DNA of 64,000 nt from Octopus vulgaris. Lineage: Eukaryota. The stretch lies in contig OX597824.1 of NCBI GenBank assembly GCA_951406725.2, forward strand, positions 71,486,001 to 71,550,000, written 5' to 3'. The notes beneath the pieces are model-generated. The model did not search any database. It was given only the letters and a program-made list of their open reading frames with translations, and was not told the origin of the DNA. Shown here piece after piece: positions 13,225 through 26,559 of the stretch. A program made the translations under genes and the position numbers. Numbering within the stretch: position 1 is the stretch's first letter; every line of letters starts with the position of its first letter.

Positions 13225-15460
13225 TAGTTGCTGTTGTTGATCTTCAGATCAGCCTTGATTGAGCAGAACTGAGATGAAAGGGACTCCAGTCATAAACATA
13301 TAGTGTATCCAAAGCTACTTTCCAGTGTTATCCTTCATTTTTTTTCTTAAGATAATGGGAAAAAATTTGAAGGAGATTTGGTTGTTTGTTCTAGCATATT
13401 GCATGACATTGTACAGATTCCTTCATTGGCTCAAAAAGTTTACTTGTCAATTTTTTTATTGGTTGAATTTCTGGTCAATATTGTCATGAAAGATGTTTTT
13501 TTGTTGTTGTTGTTGTTTCTTTTTTAGCTCATCTAATCTGTCTTACCTTTTATAAAACAACTGTGTGATATTTGATGGTGTTGGCTGCTATTTCTAGCAA
13601 GCTGAGTAACAATAGAGGCTCATGAGGTTATAGATAAATAAATTGATGATGATGATGGCAGTGGTGGCTGTAATACCTTTATCATCATAAAGCATACATC
13701 TCCCAGTCTAACACCTGCTACCTTGTGTACCCTTAGTATTTAGGCCCAATTTTTGGTTTGAGGATATCTCCCTCCCTCTCTTCTATCAGTCTCAGATGTC
13801 CTTTCAAGAGTCATAGGTTTTTTTCTTTCCTCCTGACTATTAGATAAAAGAAGAAATCCTTAAGAAGATAACCAAATTCATCTATAGTCAAAGAAACTTG
13901 GTTATCAAAGCTATAGTATGTAGAAAAGACACGGTATAGTCAAAATGAAGTACAGTCAAAACGATGATAGGAATGTAAACAGCTGAAAACATTATCAGAA
14001 TATCATGTTTAGAGTTTGTTTACAACTGTGTTTAAAACTAGCACTTCCTGGTAAAGTCCTCAATGCTAGGAAGCTGATAGGTTGACAAACATTTTTGGAC
14101 AGAGCAGGAAATTTTCTTGTAGTTAATGATATTAATTGACTCTATCTACTGCTTTGGTCTCTGGATATACTATTGACCTCATTGCTTGTTGGTAATGAGT
14201 TTGAATTTCACCACTGGCACTAGTATTGTATTCAGATTACTCTATCAAATGCAACACTTATTTATTCACTTTGTTTTGAATTTATCGTGCACCATCTCAT
14301 TGCATAAAAATTTTGAGGACGTGGTTGTTTATTTTATATGATAGGGCAAGTGTGAGAGGCTGGATCTGGCCAGTTTGAATATAAAACAGGTAGAATATTT
14401 GGACCAAATATGGCTGGTCTAAATGCAAATGGATTAGTGTGTAATATGTGCTTAGGATTCAAGACATAATCAGTGATGGAGATTTGATTGGTATTCCTAG
14501 CAGGTTGGGTGGCTACATAGAGCATTCCTACTTGGCTTATAATATAATGTTGTTAGTTATTTTCCAAAGTGTCTTTTTTTAAAAAAAACAAGTTGTGGTT
14601 TGAGGGCCATTTCATTGCTGCTTCTAGCACATAGAGTGATCATATAAACGATACTATATTAGCCCTTATATATATGTTTTAAAACATCAGTGACTGTGAA
14701 TGCTTGAATCTAGTTTCTTAAATATACACACAACATTTTAAGGGGCAAATATGAAAAAGTCACCGGCACTCAGGTTTTTATATTTTTAATCCCCCCACTC
14801 ATCATTAAGCAATTTATATAGTTATTTAGCTTAGATATATTACTAGCAGTCTTTGAAAACTAAATCTTTGAATTTGCTTGGGTGAGTTGCATTCCTGGTA
14901 ATAATGTTAATCCTTTTACGCATCTTTTGATTATAGTTAGGCTATGTAGAATAAGATGATTTTTTTCTCTTTTGCTCTTGTACTGGAATATGAAAACAAA
15001 ACAAATGTGAGGTGTCAACCATCTTAACCAACTGTTAATTAGGTACAAGATAAGTCTTTCGGTGACAGTGATGGTGGGTTGGTGTTAAAGAATTATAGAA
15101 ATATCTCCTAAACGTAATACAAAATATAAAAGGGAAGATGAGCCTGTAAAATAAGACTGAAGGGAGCAGTACCCATGGCTTTTGTAGGCCTTTTTAGAGT
15201 TGTGTCATAGATGTGACTATTGTTTAACCCCAGCATCTATAAGTTAATGTCTGTGAGAAAAACATGGTTGGAGACAAAACTAGGTGGGGGCTCTGTACTA
15301 AACTGGTTGCAACAAGGCTGTATTAAAAGCACCTAAAGATCAAATGATGGTGTTAATTTTGTTATTAGTAAGAAGAAAAAAATGCATGTAGATGCAAGCC
15401 TCATATACAAAGGAATAAAGTCAATTCTTTAATTCCTATTTACTTGATATTTCTGCATTT

Positions 15461-15740
15461 GATAGTGACAAACTTTCTGGGAGACCTACAGCCAGCAGAA
15501 CTGAGAAAAACATCACAGATGTGTGTGCAGCTGAGAGAGGAAATCATCGAATCTCCATCCATGAGTTAACAGAGGATGTGCAGATTAGTCCATTATCATT
15601 GAAGATTTGGGTATGAGACGTGTGTCTGCCAAGTTTGTGCCAAAACTGCTTTCAACTGACCAAAATGACACTTGGGTTTCAGTTACACAAGATGTCCTTG
15701 ATTGTGTTGAGAACAATGAAAACTTTTTGAAAACTTTGCG
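15461..15740 (+). mobile_element. Mariner transposase relic (HTH and linker)
   Basis: SGRPTASRTEKNI...RISIHELTEDVQIS / IIIEDLGMRRVSAKFVPKLLSTDQ...FLK. FVPKLL is a WVPHEL-equivalent motif. Frameshifted. Confidence 0.85.
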
Positions 15741-16254
15741 TAAGTCTCTGGGCAGGTATCGCCAGGCTTTTGGCAAAATTTGATGCAGATCCTCTGCTCA
15801 GCTTTCTCTGTCATGGTCATTGCAACGATCACACACTACACACCTTCCTTCTAAGCGCTGATGTAAACAGTGGAAGTGAGCTAGAACATTAAAACTTAGT
15901 GCACGTGTGCAGCAGAGTTCAAGGTCAGTCTGTGCCAAGTAGCTTCACTCTGTTCTTCAGCTTCGTTACTATGATAAGTCTGAATGGCAAAAACTTGCTC
16001 AGTAAGACATGGTGATCTTTGGTCGTCCAGATTTTATGTACATTATAAGATGCTCCCATTGTGAAAAGGTTTATTTAGATGAGGTTTCTTTTTCTAACAA
16101 TATTTCATGAGTGATGACAAACTATTAATTCCATAGAAGTGATTTTAATGCTGTTAGTTTTGTATTACAGTATATTTTATATTATGTTTGCAAACTTCAA
16201 TTTTTGTGCAAAGTATTTATATTTTTATATATATATATATATGATTTCTTTTAG

Positions 16255-16351
16255 GGAAGAATGGATGCAAGCCATACGCTCGATTGCGGAATCTTTAGCA
16301 GAAACGGAAGGAATTGGTTGTGCTGAATTAAATAAATCTCGAAAAAAAGTG
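16255..16351 (+). CDS. AKT: Akt/PKB coding exon, PH C-terminal helix plus short linker: (R)EEWMQAIRSIAESLAETEGIGCAELNKSRKKV
   Basis: Acceptor atttcttttag|, donor |gtaatt, 97 nt, phase 2 to 0. The EEW.AI PH helix is present and the exon ends at KV, as the equivalent vertebrate exon does. Confidence 0.95.
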
Positions 16352-17023
16352 GTAATTATAATGGTTTCCATTTCCTCCATCCCTTCTCCCCCTCTCTCTC
16401 TCCCTCTCTATCTATCTAGCTATTGTTCCCTACCTCTATCCCCTCTGTCAGTCTCTCTTTTGTCCCTTTCAAAGTTTTACTATATTTGCTATCATCTTCA
16501 TCTTTCAATAATGCTGTGTATGGGTGTACACCTGTGTGTGTGAGAGAGAGAGAGAGAGAAAGAGAATGTAAGAAAGAGGATGAGTACCTGTATGTAAATA
16601 TGTATGTGTTTGTCTATGTAAACATATATATATAAGCATGACTAGGTGGTTAAGAATATCACTTTCTAAACCATGTGGTTCTGAATTTAATCCCATTGGG
16701 CCGAAGAACTTTAGCTATGAGTGTGAGTTAATCAATGCTTTGTAGGTAGAATTTGGTTGCTGGAAAAACTGTGTGGAGGTTCATAGCTTGTATATGCGTG
16801 TGTGTGTGTGTGTAATTTTTGTGGGTGTATATATTGGTGAAAGATGTAAACATGGAGCAAGAACACTGAAAAACCAGTGTTCTTCAAAGTCTCTTGCAAC
16901 ATTTGTTTTGCAGTAAGTTACAGACACTCCTTTATAAAATAAAATAGTATATGCTATTGACATCATAAGAATTTATGAACTTAAGGGGGACATGAATTCT
17001 GTTTTGGAATATTGGATCTTTAA

Positions 17024-17245
17024 CCCTTTTGATACCAACCCGGCCAAAATCACCTCTGGCTCTGTAGTACAAATGTCTTGTTTTCATAAGTATTGAATTA
17101 AAATCTTCCACCAAACCTTAGTCACAATTTATGTTCCCAACACTAGCTTAATGATAACTAGGTTCTTTTATTAAATTCTTTGTTATATTTAAAATTAATT
17201 GAATGAAACACAGAGCATCTCAAAATAAATATGGTAACGAAAGGG
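17024..17245. mobile_element. piggyBac-type MITE with TTAA target duplication
   Basis: TTAA|cccttttgatacca ... tggtaacgaaaggg|TTAA. Related copies near 30345-30690 and 54435-54660. Confidence 0.8.
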
Positions 17246-19203
17246 TTAAGGAGATAAGCTATAAATAAAGGCATGTAAATTTCAGGTTAAAAATCACTTT
17301 GTCTATAAAAAAGTCATGTTTACAGGTGTAAGTTTGTAACCCAAGGGCATTTTCAACTTTTTTCACCCAAAGTGTTTTTAACCCAATGTTTACATGGTAT
17401 TATTTATAGCTTACCTGCTTCAGGATTTAACATTCCAAAAAAGAAAAAAAGTAGTGTATGTAACTGTGCAATATATTTATACATAGTGTGTGTTATATAA
17501 GTGCAGATATAGCTATGTCATTAAGAAGTTCGCTGCATGTTACCTTAAGTAAGGAGATTGCTTCTTCAGCTCTATGCCAACCAAATCCTTGTCAGTGGTT
17601 TTGGAAGATAGGAACTGAAAGAAGTCCATTATATATGGATTTGTGTGTGTTCGCTGAAAATTTGCTGAGCTACAAACAGTGATATCATTTCTCCTCTCAA
17701 CAAATGTTCTACCAACTTTGTGCTTTTGAAGACGTATCAAAGCACAGATCCTTTACTTGAAAGATACAGGCTAGTGATTGGAAGGGCATCAGGCTGTAAA
17801 ACAATGTTTCAGTAATACATTCATGTAATCCATTGCTAACATTAGAAAAAAAAAATTGTAAAAATGAATGAATGATTAAAGATTGCTTTGTAACCATGAG
17901 GAACCAGGATCAATCCCACAGCATAGCATCTTATGCAAACATCATTTTCTATAGCCTTTGTGAATGAAATTGGGTAGAGAAAACTATATGGAAGCCCATT
18001 GGATGGACTGTACTTGTGATTCAAAGGTACAGCCTTGTCATGCTGATTCTGATTGAGAACTATGTTAGGAGAATGCCCAGTGACTCATGGTAATACATTG
18101 AGCAGGTAATTCAGTTGATTGAACAACCTTGTGCTCATTACTGAAACCAATAGAGAATCACTCCCCCCTCACACACACATCATCATCATCATTGTTTATA
18201 TATCCACTAATCCATGCACACATGGGTTGGACAGAATTTTACTGAGGTGGATTTTCTACAGCTGGATGTCCTTCCCATCACCAACCATCACCTGTTTCCA
18301 AGTAAGGTAAATTTCCCCCATAGATGGACATGTTTTCAAGGAAGTTTTGAAATGGAAATCAAGCCTTGCATGACGGTGACATTTGTTTACTACTATCATG
18401 CATTGTCAAGGTAAAGAGACAGGTGCATTTACACATGCATGCATGCACGCCAGACTTCCTTCAATATCTCTCTACCAAATCTACTTAAAAGGCTTTGCTC
18501 AGCCCAGGGTTTTATAACAGAAGGCATTTGCCCAATATGACACACAATGGAATTGAACCCTGAGCAACGTAGTTGGAAAGCAAACCCCTTTTTTCACTGT
18601 TATGCCTGTGCCTATATTTATAAAGAACTATTTTTTTAAGCATGTTTCATTGAATCTTTTACTAAAGATTTTTCATATATCTTTGTCAGGCCTTTATGTT
18701 TAGTTTGAATCAATAATTATGAAAATGCGAAAACTTGTTAATGAAAGATATTAAACTCATGCGCAGACATGTCTTCAAAATATATGTATGTATGCCTTTC
18801 TGTGAGTGTGTAATATGTGTGTGTTTTGTTTATAAATGCATGTGGAAAGGGTCAATTATAATAGTGACTGATGCTTCATGGATCTGTTATTTGGACACAA
18901 AAGTTTTGCAACTATGTATCCATGTATGTACCAGTAATTATATATGGTATGTACAAGCAAATAAGAGAGAACGCGAGAGTAAGGTTATAGAGTTTATTTA
19001 AGATTCAAGTAAGGAAATTTAATATTGTGTACATGTTATTGTAATTAAGAAGAGAGAATATCACTCAATCTATACAGATCCTCCCATGTTGACATTCAGG
19101 TGAAATGTCTGCATGCAAAGTGTGAAATGGAATGATTTAAAGACAGTTGAATTTCAGGGTGGGACAGAGTGTTTAATGTAGGGCGTTATTGGGTAGTGTT
19201 TAA

Positions 19204-19415
19204 CCCTTTAGCATTCAGATTATTTTGTCAAAGTATTTATTTACATTGTTTTTAATTGGCCATGCACTTTCTCGTAGCTTTGCGATTTCAATAATGTGAT
19301 TGTTTACTTTTAAAATGACATTGTAGAGTAGGTGTGAGAGTCCAGATCTGGCTGATCTGAAGATAAAACAGGTAGAATATTTTGCCCAGATATAGCAGGT
19401 TTAAACGTTAAAGGG
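19204..19415. mobile_element. Second TTAA-type MITE family
   Basis: TTAA|ccctttagcattcaga ... ttaaacgttaaaggg|CTAA. A related copy lies near 14230-14438. Confidence 0.65.
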
Positions 19416-22400
19416 CTAATATTGTGTTAGGAGAGTGAGATACAATAAGGATGATAGGTGTTGGATTTCAGCAGGAATATTATGCTTCCTGCTTATTCAG
19501 ATTGAGCAGAAAAGTGACAAAAATGACCAACACCCTGTTAGTGGATGCAATGCATTTGGTGAATTAATCTTTGCCTATCAACCAGCTGGCCATTTTTTGT
19601 TAAAGATGATGCAATATAGAATGTGTTTCTTTTGTAGTTACATCCTCTGAAAGTGGTGGCGGGCTATCAGTCTGGTCACATTTACACAGGTCTTTCACTG
19701 CAGATGTTTGTATACACTTCAAGCAAACTTTCTGTGCACTAGTTACCAGGGTGTTACTCAATATGTCATATGAAAAGTACCAGTGACTGATTCATATGCC
19801 ATATAAAATGTGTGAGTGTGATATCAGTTCAGTTAAGAAATTAACAAACTTTTGGTAGTTCTTCAAAAAGTGTTCATAGGTGGGGGTAAAAAACATTGTT
19901 TGATGAGGTGTTATACTGTTTCATCTGTTGTCAGATATTTGGAATTCCATAGAATAAATATATGGACATGGTTTTGTTTCTTGCCAAGAATCCATTAGTG
20001 AAGTGAATGAAATATATCTTTATGCATTTATTTGATTAAATGTTCTTTATTCAAATTTTTGTATATAGCTGCTATTTTGATCTAGTTGGATTTCTTCAGT
20101 ATGATGTCATTAAGAATGAGGGTCTTATTAAACATTGCATTATATTAAATTAAATTATCAACATTTTAGAAGTAGGGAGAGGGAAGGCATATAATGAGGT
20201 CATTATTATTCATAGTACATTAGTAGTATAAGAGATGGAGAGAGAAAGTGATAGTAGATACCTTAGTTTGAAATTTAAACACATGTATGTACATGTTGAA
20301 ATGTTATTCAAAACAATCCAGTTCATGTCTCCTGTAAATATAACTAATGCTGTTCCCCTTCTTTGTAATTAGAACTATAGTTTTCTTGTAGACATTCTTC
20401 AAGTTTTAAAAGTTAATTCCAGCCATTTCTGGAGATGTTTTCATACACAGTTCTCACGAAAATTTTCTTTATTGATGTAATAATATCTTAGTTGATTGAT
20501 TATTCCCTATGTTAAGGGAAAGAATCATCTTGCCAAAAATCCCCCCTTTTTTTTCTCTCTTTTTAATGAAGTGAAAGGACACTAAAGAAATAATTATGTT
20601 TCCATGGAAGCAATAGTTTTATGAAAACATTTAAATTTTATCAGATTATAGTTTAGGCATGGTAATTGGAGTAGAAGCGTAAATTTTAATCTATATTTCC
20701 TATCACTGTTGACACTGGTCTGCACTACCAGGGTACAAGCCTGGGTAAATAGCATATGGAGTACTTCTTACAAGAGAAGATAAATGAGATTGAACTATTT
20801 ATCTTCCCTTGTGAGATTTTAAGCTTTTGTGCTATTTCTTCTAATGGTTCATGGTATCCCAATTTCAAAGACTATAAGTATTTGCTGGTTCAGATTTAGT
20901 TGCATAGATTTTTTATGCACTTTACATTAAAAATGTCTATATTAACTTAACTATTGTATTTTAATTCAGAGAACATCTGAGAGGGAATTTATTACCTGAA
21001 CATTTCTATTTTTCTGTACCTGCATTATTGTAAAGTTATTTAATAATTCTCTTCATTCCTACTACAAGTATAGCTTTGCTGACAAGGTTTGATAAGATAG
21101 AAATATAATCATACACACCTCTATTTCAATCAATGTTGTTTAATGCACTCTCATTAATTAATCCCAGCACACATCAGCAAATTTACTATATGCAGTTTAA
21201 ATGTAAAATTGGCAGTTCTTGGTGCACTATAAAGAATGGATTCTGTGTCTATGTCTGATGAAGCATAGCTACACAGAAGCATGTGTCCTGAAGTTCAATA
21301 CTGTCATTCATAACTCAGTTGTATGTTTTTCATATTGTGTAAAAGGAGAATTTCTCTACTGAGACAATTTCTTTAGTGAAGAACTATCCAGGTTTGAGTT
21401 GAATATAATAGTACACACCTATATTCAATCAATGCTGCTTAGTCCACCTCTGGTTAATCAAGTTAATATTTAGAATTGTCTCTTACACTTGCTAAAAGAT
21501 TTAAAATAATATCATTCTATGACTGATATTAATTTTATCACTAATTGCTTTTAGGTAGCTCTTTGCTGCTTCCTCTATTGAAAATTTGAACATCAACTTA
21601 AGTATATTGTAGTAGCTTTACTGACACCAAAGTACTAATGATAAATATCCTATAATAATTTTGATGAACTCTTTCTAGTTCCTTAATCCTTAGTTCATAG
21701 TGACACCATGGGCAACTTCATCTTCTTGTAGTGTGTCTTGGGAAAATTAGCATACCAGTTTCGCTGAGCTATACTTACCATAGAAATTAACAGAATATTG
21801 CAAGCTATCAAACCACTTGTTGATTTTACAGTGTTGCTATTGCTTAGAGCAGTAAACTTTTCTTAAACCCATTTTCAGTTAGGTGGACTGGGCCAGTTTA
21901 GTCATGCATTGCCAGTAACTGGATATGAACTACTGACTTTCTGACAATGTTGTACTCCTACTTAAAGACTCTCTCTTAAAAATATTGATTGGCCACTGTC
22001 TGCTAAAAAAGAAACCACTATTGACTATAATATTAATCACTAGGATTCTAGAGAACTAAGAATAGTCTGTGCTGGCAAGAATATTTTGTAAACACTAGAG
22101 AATGAAAGAATCTTACCTGAAACAGGTATTGTCTGTCTGTTTCTCTCTCCACAACAAACTTAATTTTCATGTCATTAGTTATGAGATTTAATTAATTTAA
22201 TATTGTACATGTTGACTTTTGTATATTATAAACTAGTTGTCTCTTCTACAAAATTCTGTTTCACTATCCTATACCTATACAATCTCTGTCTATCCTCTTT
22301 TACCCTCTCTCTCGTCCTCCTCACACAAGCACTCATTTCTTCTTTTTCTCTCTTCTATTTAGGAATAATTATTTTTGATTATGTTAAAATATCACCCCAC

Positions 22401-23194
22401 TGTATCATTACAGTACTTTTTCTTTCTCTTTCTCCCCATTCTGCATCAGTTTTCTTATCCCTTCCAACTAGTTTTTCTCTCATTATCTCCCCTTTTTTCG
22501 TTTGTCATTCCCCATCTCTCCTTTCTCTTATTCATTTTCAGTTTCCCTTCCTTCTTACCACATCTTTTCTGTATTCCCATCATTATTTCATCACTTTTTA
22601 TGCTTCTTGTAATCATTAACTTTGTTTTTTACACTCTCTGCTCCCCACTGCTCATTTCTGTTATGAAAGGCAGATAAGTGCAGATGGCCAGTCCCTCATT
22701 GATATATGACTCCCATGGAAATAATGGTTACATTTTCTTCATAAGCTGCATAAAAACATTAAGAAAAAAATTTTGTTGACAATTCACTGTTACGTTAACA
22801 TGTTTATGAGCATATGTTTGTGTGCATGTAAGTTTGTGATGTAAGTTTGTGTATATATCTGTGTATATATATTGACAAGAATTTCAATCTGAAATTGATG
22901 CATTGAAACAAATATTGTACTTCAGAAGTTTTTATCTTTGCCAATAATTAGAGATGAATGGATTATTATCAGCATCATCATCATCAGCAGCAGCAGCAGC
23001 ATCATTATTAAAGTGGTGAGCTGGCAAAATTATTGGCACACTGGATGAAACACTTAGCATCATTTCATTTGTCTTTATGTTCTGAGTTCATTATCCCACC
23101 AAGGTTGACTTTGCCTTTCATCTTAAGCAGCAGTTGAACACTGGGGTTGATATAATCAACTTAAATTTTTGGTCTTGTACCAAAACTTGAAACA

Positions 23195-23267
<73 letters not shown>
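23195..23267. repeat. (ATT)n microsatellite, tail of a family-B SINE
   Basis: About 24 perfect ATT units. Confidence 0.9.
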
Positions 23268-23268
<1 letters not shown>

Positions 23269-24114
23269 CCTAGTAGTAGTAGTAGGAGTATTATTAGTAG
23301 TAGTAGTAGTGAGGATGCATATCCTAGTGGTTCGGATGTCACACTCAAAATCGTGAAATCAATTCCTGGTCTTGGTGGTGCATTGTGTTTTTGAGCAAAA
23401 CACTTCATCTCACATTGCTCTGTGGTCATTTTGACACCTGATGTGTGGTACACTGTGCACCTGTTCAGGCAACATCGATTTAATGGTGGGAGTGAGCTAA
23501 TGTACATGCGTTAGTAAACACATGCATTTGATCACTGAACAAATCATTTGTACAGGTTGTTCAATGCAAACTGAATGCTCATATGTCATCTTTGGTGGGA
23601 GATCCCATCATCATCATCATCATCTGAGCTTTTCCTTCCATCACCTCTAAGTTTTGCATTTTATCAAGCTTTTAATAAATGAAGTTTGACTTGTGTGCAA
23701 TCATCATTATCATTTTAATGTTTACTTATCTGTTTTTGCATGGGTCAAATGAGAGTATGTTGGGGCAGGATTTTTTTAATGACCAGATGCTCTTCCTGTT
23801 GCCAACCTTCATTTGTTTCCAAGCAAGGTAATATTATCCCTTGTTTGAACCTGAACAACACAATAGCTGGACATGTTTTGAGGGAAGATTGCATTTGAAT
23901 GGCACTGATGGTGATATTTGTTTACAACTAGTACACAATATCAAAATAAGGAAACAGGAATACACTCACACACACATGCACACTCAGTGGACTTTGGTCA
24001 GCCATTCCTAGTTGTGTGTATTTGTATGTATGTGTTTATGTTTACATTTCCTGTCTTTGCATTGTGTGAAGACACAAGAAAATGCATACATAACATGAAA
24101 CAATGTTGACAAGC

Positions 24115-24155
<41 letters not shown>

Positions 24156-24639
24156 AACATGTCCCATTCCTGCAAATGGTGATACTACCTCTACATGAAG
24201 AATAGATACATGCATTTGGTGGTGCATGAAAAAGTTTACATTAAACTAGTGATCCCCCAAAAGGCAAAAGGGAAAGTTGACCTTGGGAATTAAACTCAGA
24301 ATATAAACAGCCGGAACTAATACAGTAAAACATTTTGCCTTCTGCTCTAACATTTCTGTCAGTTTTATGTCTTTTTAATAATAATAACAATAAATGATGA
24401 TAACAATAATAAAAGTATAATAATAATGATAATAACAGCACACATTACACACACAGTAGAAGATTAATATAACAAGAAGCAAGAGACTAAACAAAACAAA
24501 CAGGTGCAAAACACCTGCAGGTGGAGTCTCTACTTCCTCAATCTTCACAAAAATAAGAACTCAATACTGTAACCTCATCAGGAACATGGTACACCATGTG
24601 GTGCAGTAGAAACTTGCACGAAACTACTGAAGAAAAATA

Positions 24640-25502
24640 ATAATAATAAATAATAATTCTTGCTAATTTTGGCTGAAGGCTAACAATTTTAGGTGGGGGT
24701 GACAAGTCAGTACCTATTTCTTTACTACCCACAAGGGGCTAAACACAGAGAGGACAAACAAGGACAGACAAACGGATTAAGTAGATTATACTGACCCCAG
24801 TGCGTAACTTGTACTTATTTAATCGACCCCGAAAGGATGAAAGGCAAAGTTGACCTCGGCCGAATTTGAACTCAGAATGTAGCGGCAGACGAAATGCCAC
24901 TAAGCATTTTGTCTGGCGTGCTAACAATTCTGCCAGCTCGCTGTACCATTGACCCCAGTACTTGACTAGTACTTTATTCTATAGATCCCAAAAGGATGAG
25001 AGGTAAAGCAGGATTTGAACTCAGAATGTAAAGAGCCAAAGGAAATATGTAAAGCATTATGTCTGACGTGCTAATGATTCTCCCAGTACAACAAAATAAT
25101 CTTTAACATAGGTGTAAAACCAGAAATTTGGGATGAAGATTGACTTTTATCAGAGCACAATCCCAGTACATGATTAATACTTATTTTATTGATCTTAGAA
25201 GGATAGAAAATAATTAACCATTGCAGGATTTGAACTCAGAGCATAACTAATTACTATAATAGTATTGATGATGATGATAATCCTTTCTACTATAGGTACA
25301 TGGCTTGAAATTTGCAGGGAAGTTGGGTTAGTGAAATTACATCAACCCCAGTGCTCAGCTGGTACTTAATTCATCAATCCCAGGAAGGATGAAAGGCAGG
25401 GTCGGCCTCTGTAGAACTTGAACTCACAACATAAAGACAAATGAACTTTCACTAGATATTTTTGTCTGGCATGCTAACAATTCTGCCAGCTCACCGCCTT
25501 AA
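24640..25502 (-). mobile_element. Cluster of tandem and nested family-B SINE copies
   Basis: Repeated ggatgaaaggcaaagttgacc...gaactcagaa...ttctgccagctc blocks. A well-preserved copy at ~24713-24942 interrupts an older one. Confidence 0.75.
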
Positions 25503-25892
25503 TAATAATGGCAGTGACAATAATAATAATAATAATGATGATGATGATGATAATGACGATAGCAATAATCAGTTTATGTATAATTATTGACAAAGATAAC
25601 ACTTCCAAAATACAACACAGACACACATACACAAACATTATGAAATAAGTATGTACTCAAATAATGTATGTTTTGATGTGTTTATATATGTATTCATGCA
25701 AGTTTATGTATGTTATGAATGTGTGTTTGTGCTTTTGTGTGTGTACATGCATGTACACACACAGGCACCAATATTTTGCATATAACAATGATAATTACTA
25801 TTACTCTTGCTATTATTATTATTCTATATTTAACTGACTTTATATACATTTTTTTATTTTAATTTAATTTTTTTTTTTTTTTTTTGTTGTAG

Positions 25893-25901
25893 TCTTGTCA
25901 G
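25893..25901 (+). CDS. Candidate alternative microexon SCQ (9 nt), or SCQVK (15 nt, to 25907)
   Basis: About 125-nt AG-free zone, branch-like taactgac, long T tract, tgtag|TCTTGTCAG|gtaaag|gtaaca. Phase 0, no stop. Confidence 0.5.
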
Positions 25902-26527
25902 GTAAAGGTAACACCACCAATCCCTTCTGTTAATATTGTTGTCCTTAAAACTGTGAAATGTAAAAGTTTTTAGATAGAGAAAGAGGAGGAGGTGGATGAA
26001 AAAAAAAAGTAGACATTTACAAATGAAAACACCACCATCACCACTGCTAACACCACCATCACCACCAATAGACAATAACAAATTCACAGGAGTGTCAAGT
26101 GTTTGTTATTGTGTTGTGTTGTATGTTTGTTTTTCTCATTTTTTTTATTATTGCACAGTGGGGCAGGTCTCTTATTGGGAGAAAGAAGGCTGTTGTTTGT
26201 TGTTTGTTGTCTGAAATATAACAGTTTAGCTTTGTTCATTGGATGTTTTATACACAGAGACGCTTACATACAAGCAGTTAAACACACACACACACTCTGC
26301 AGTTGCATGTAGACATGTACACACGCAGACACAAGTAATTGCACATGTACAAGTACATATGCAGACACACAGGCAGCTGCATATTCACAAATGCGCCCGG
26401 TGATACACACACCCATTCAAGGCACATGAAAAATCTACAAAGTACACACATTCACACATACTTAATATTAAACAAACAGGAAGCCACAACATAGAAATTT
26501 AGATACACAATGATTTATATGTATAAG

Positions 26528-26559
<32 letters not shown>

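Noticed and set aside
22203-22677. Long hydrophobic ORFs suggesting a membrane protein
   Set aside because: CT-rich low-complexity sequence, stop-poor by composition.
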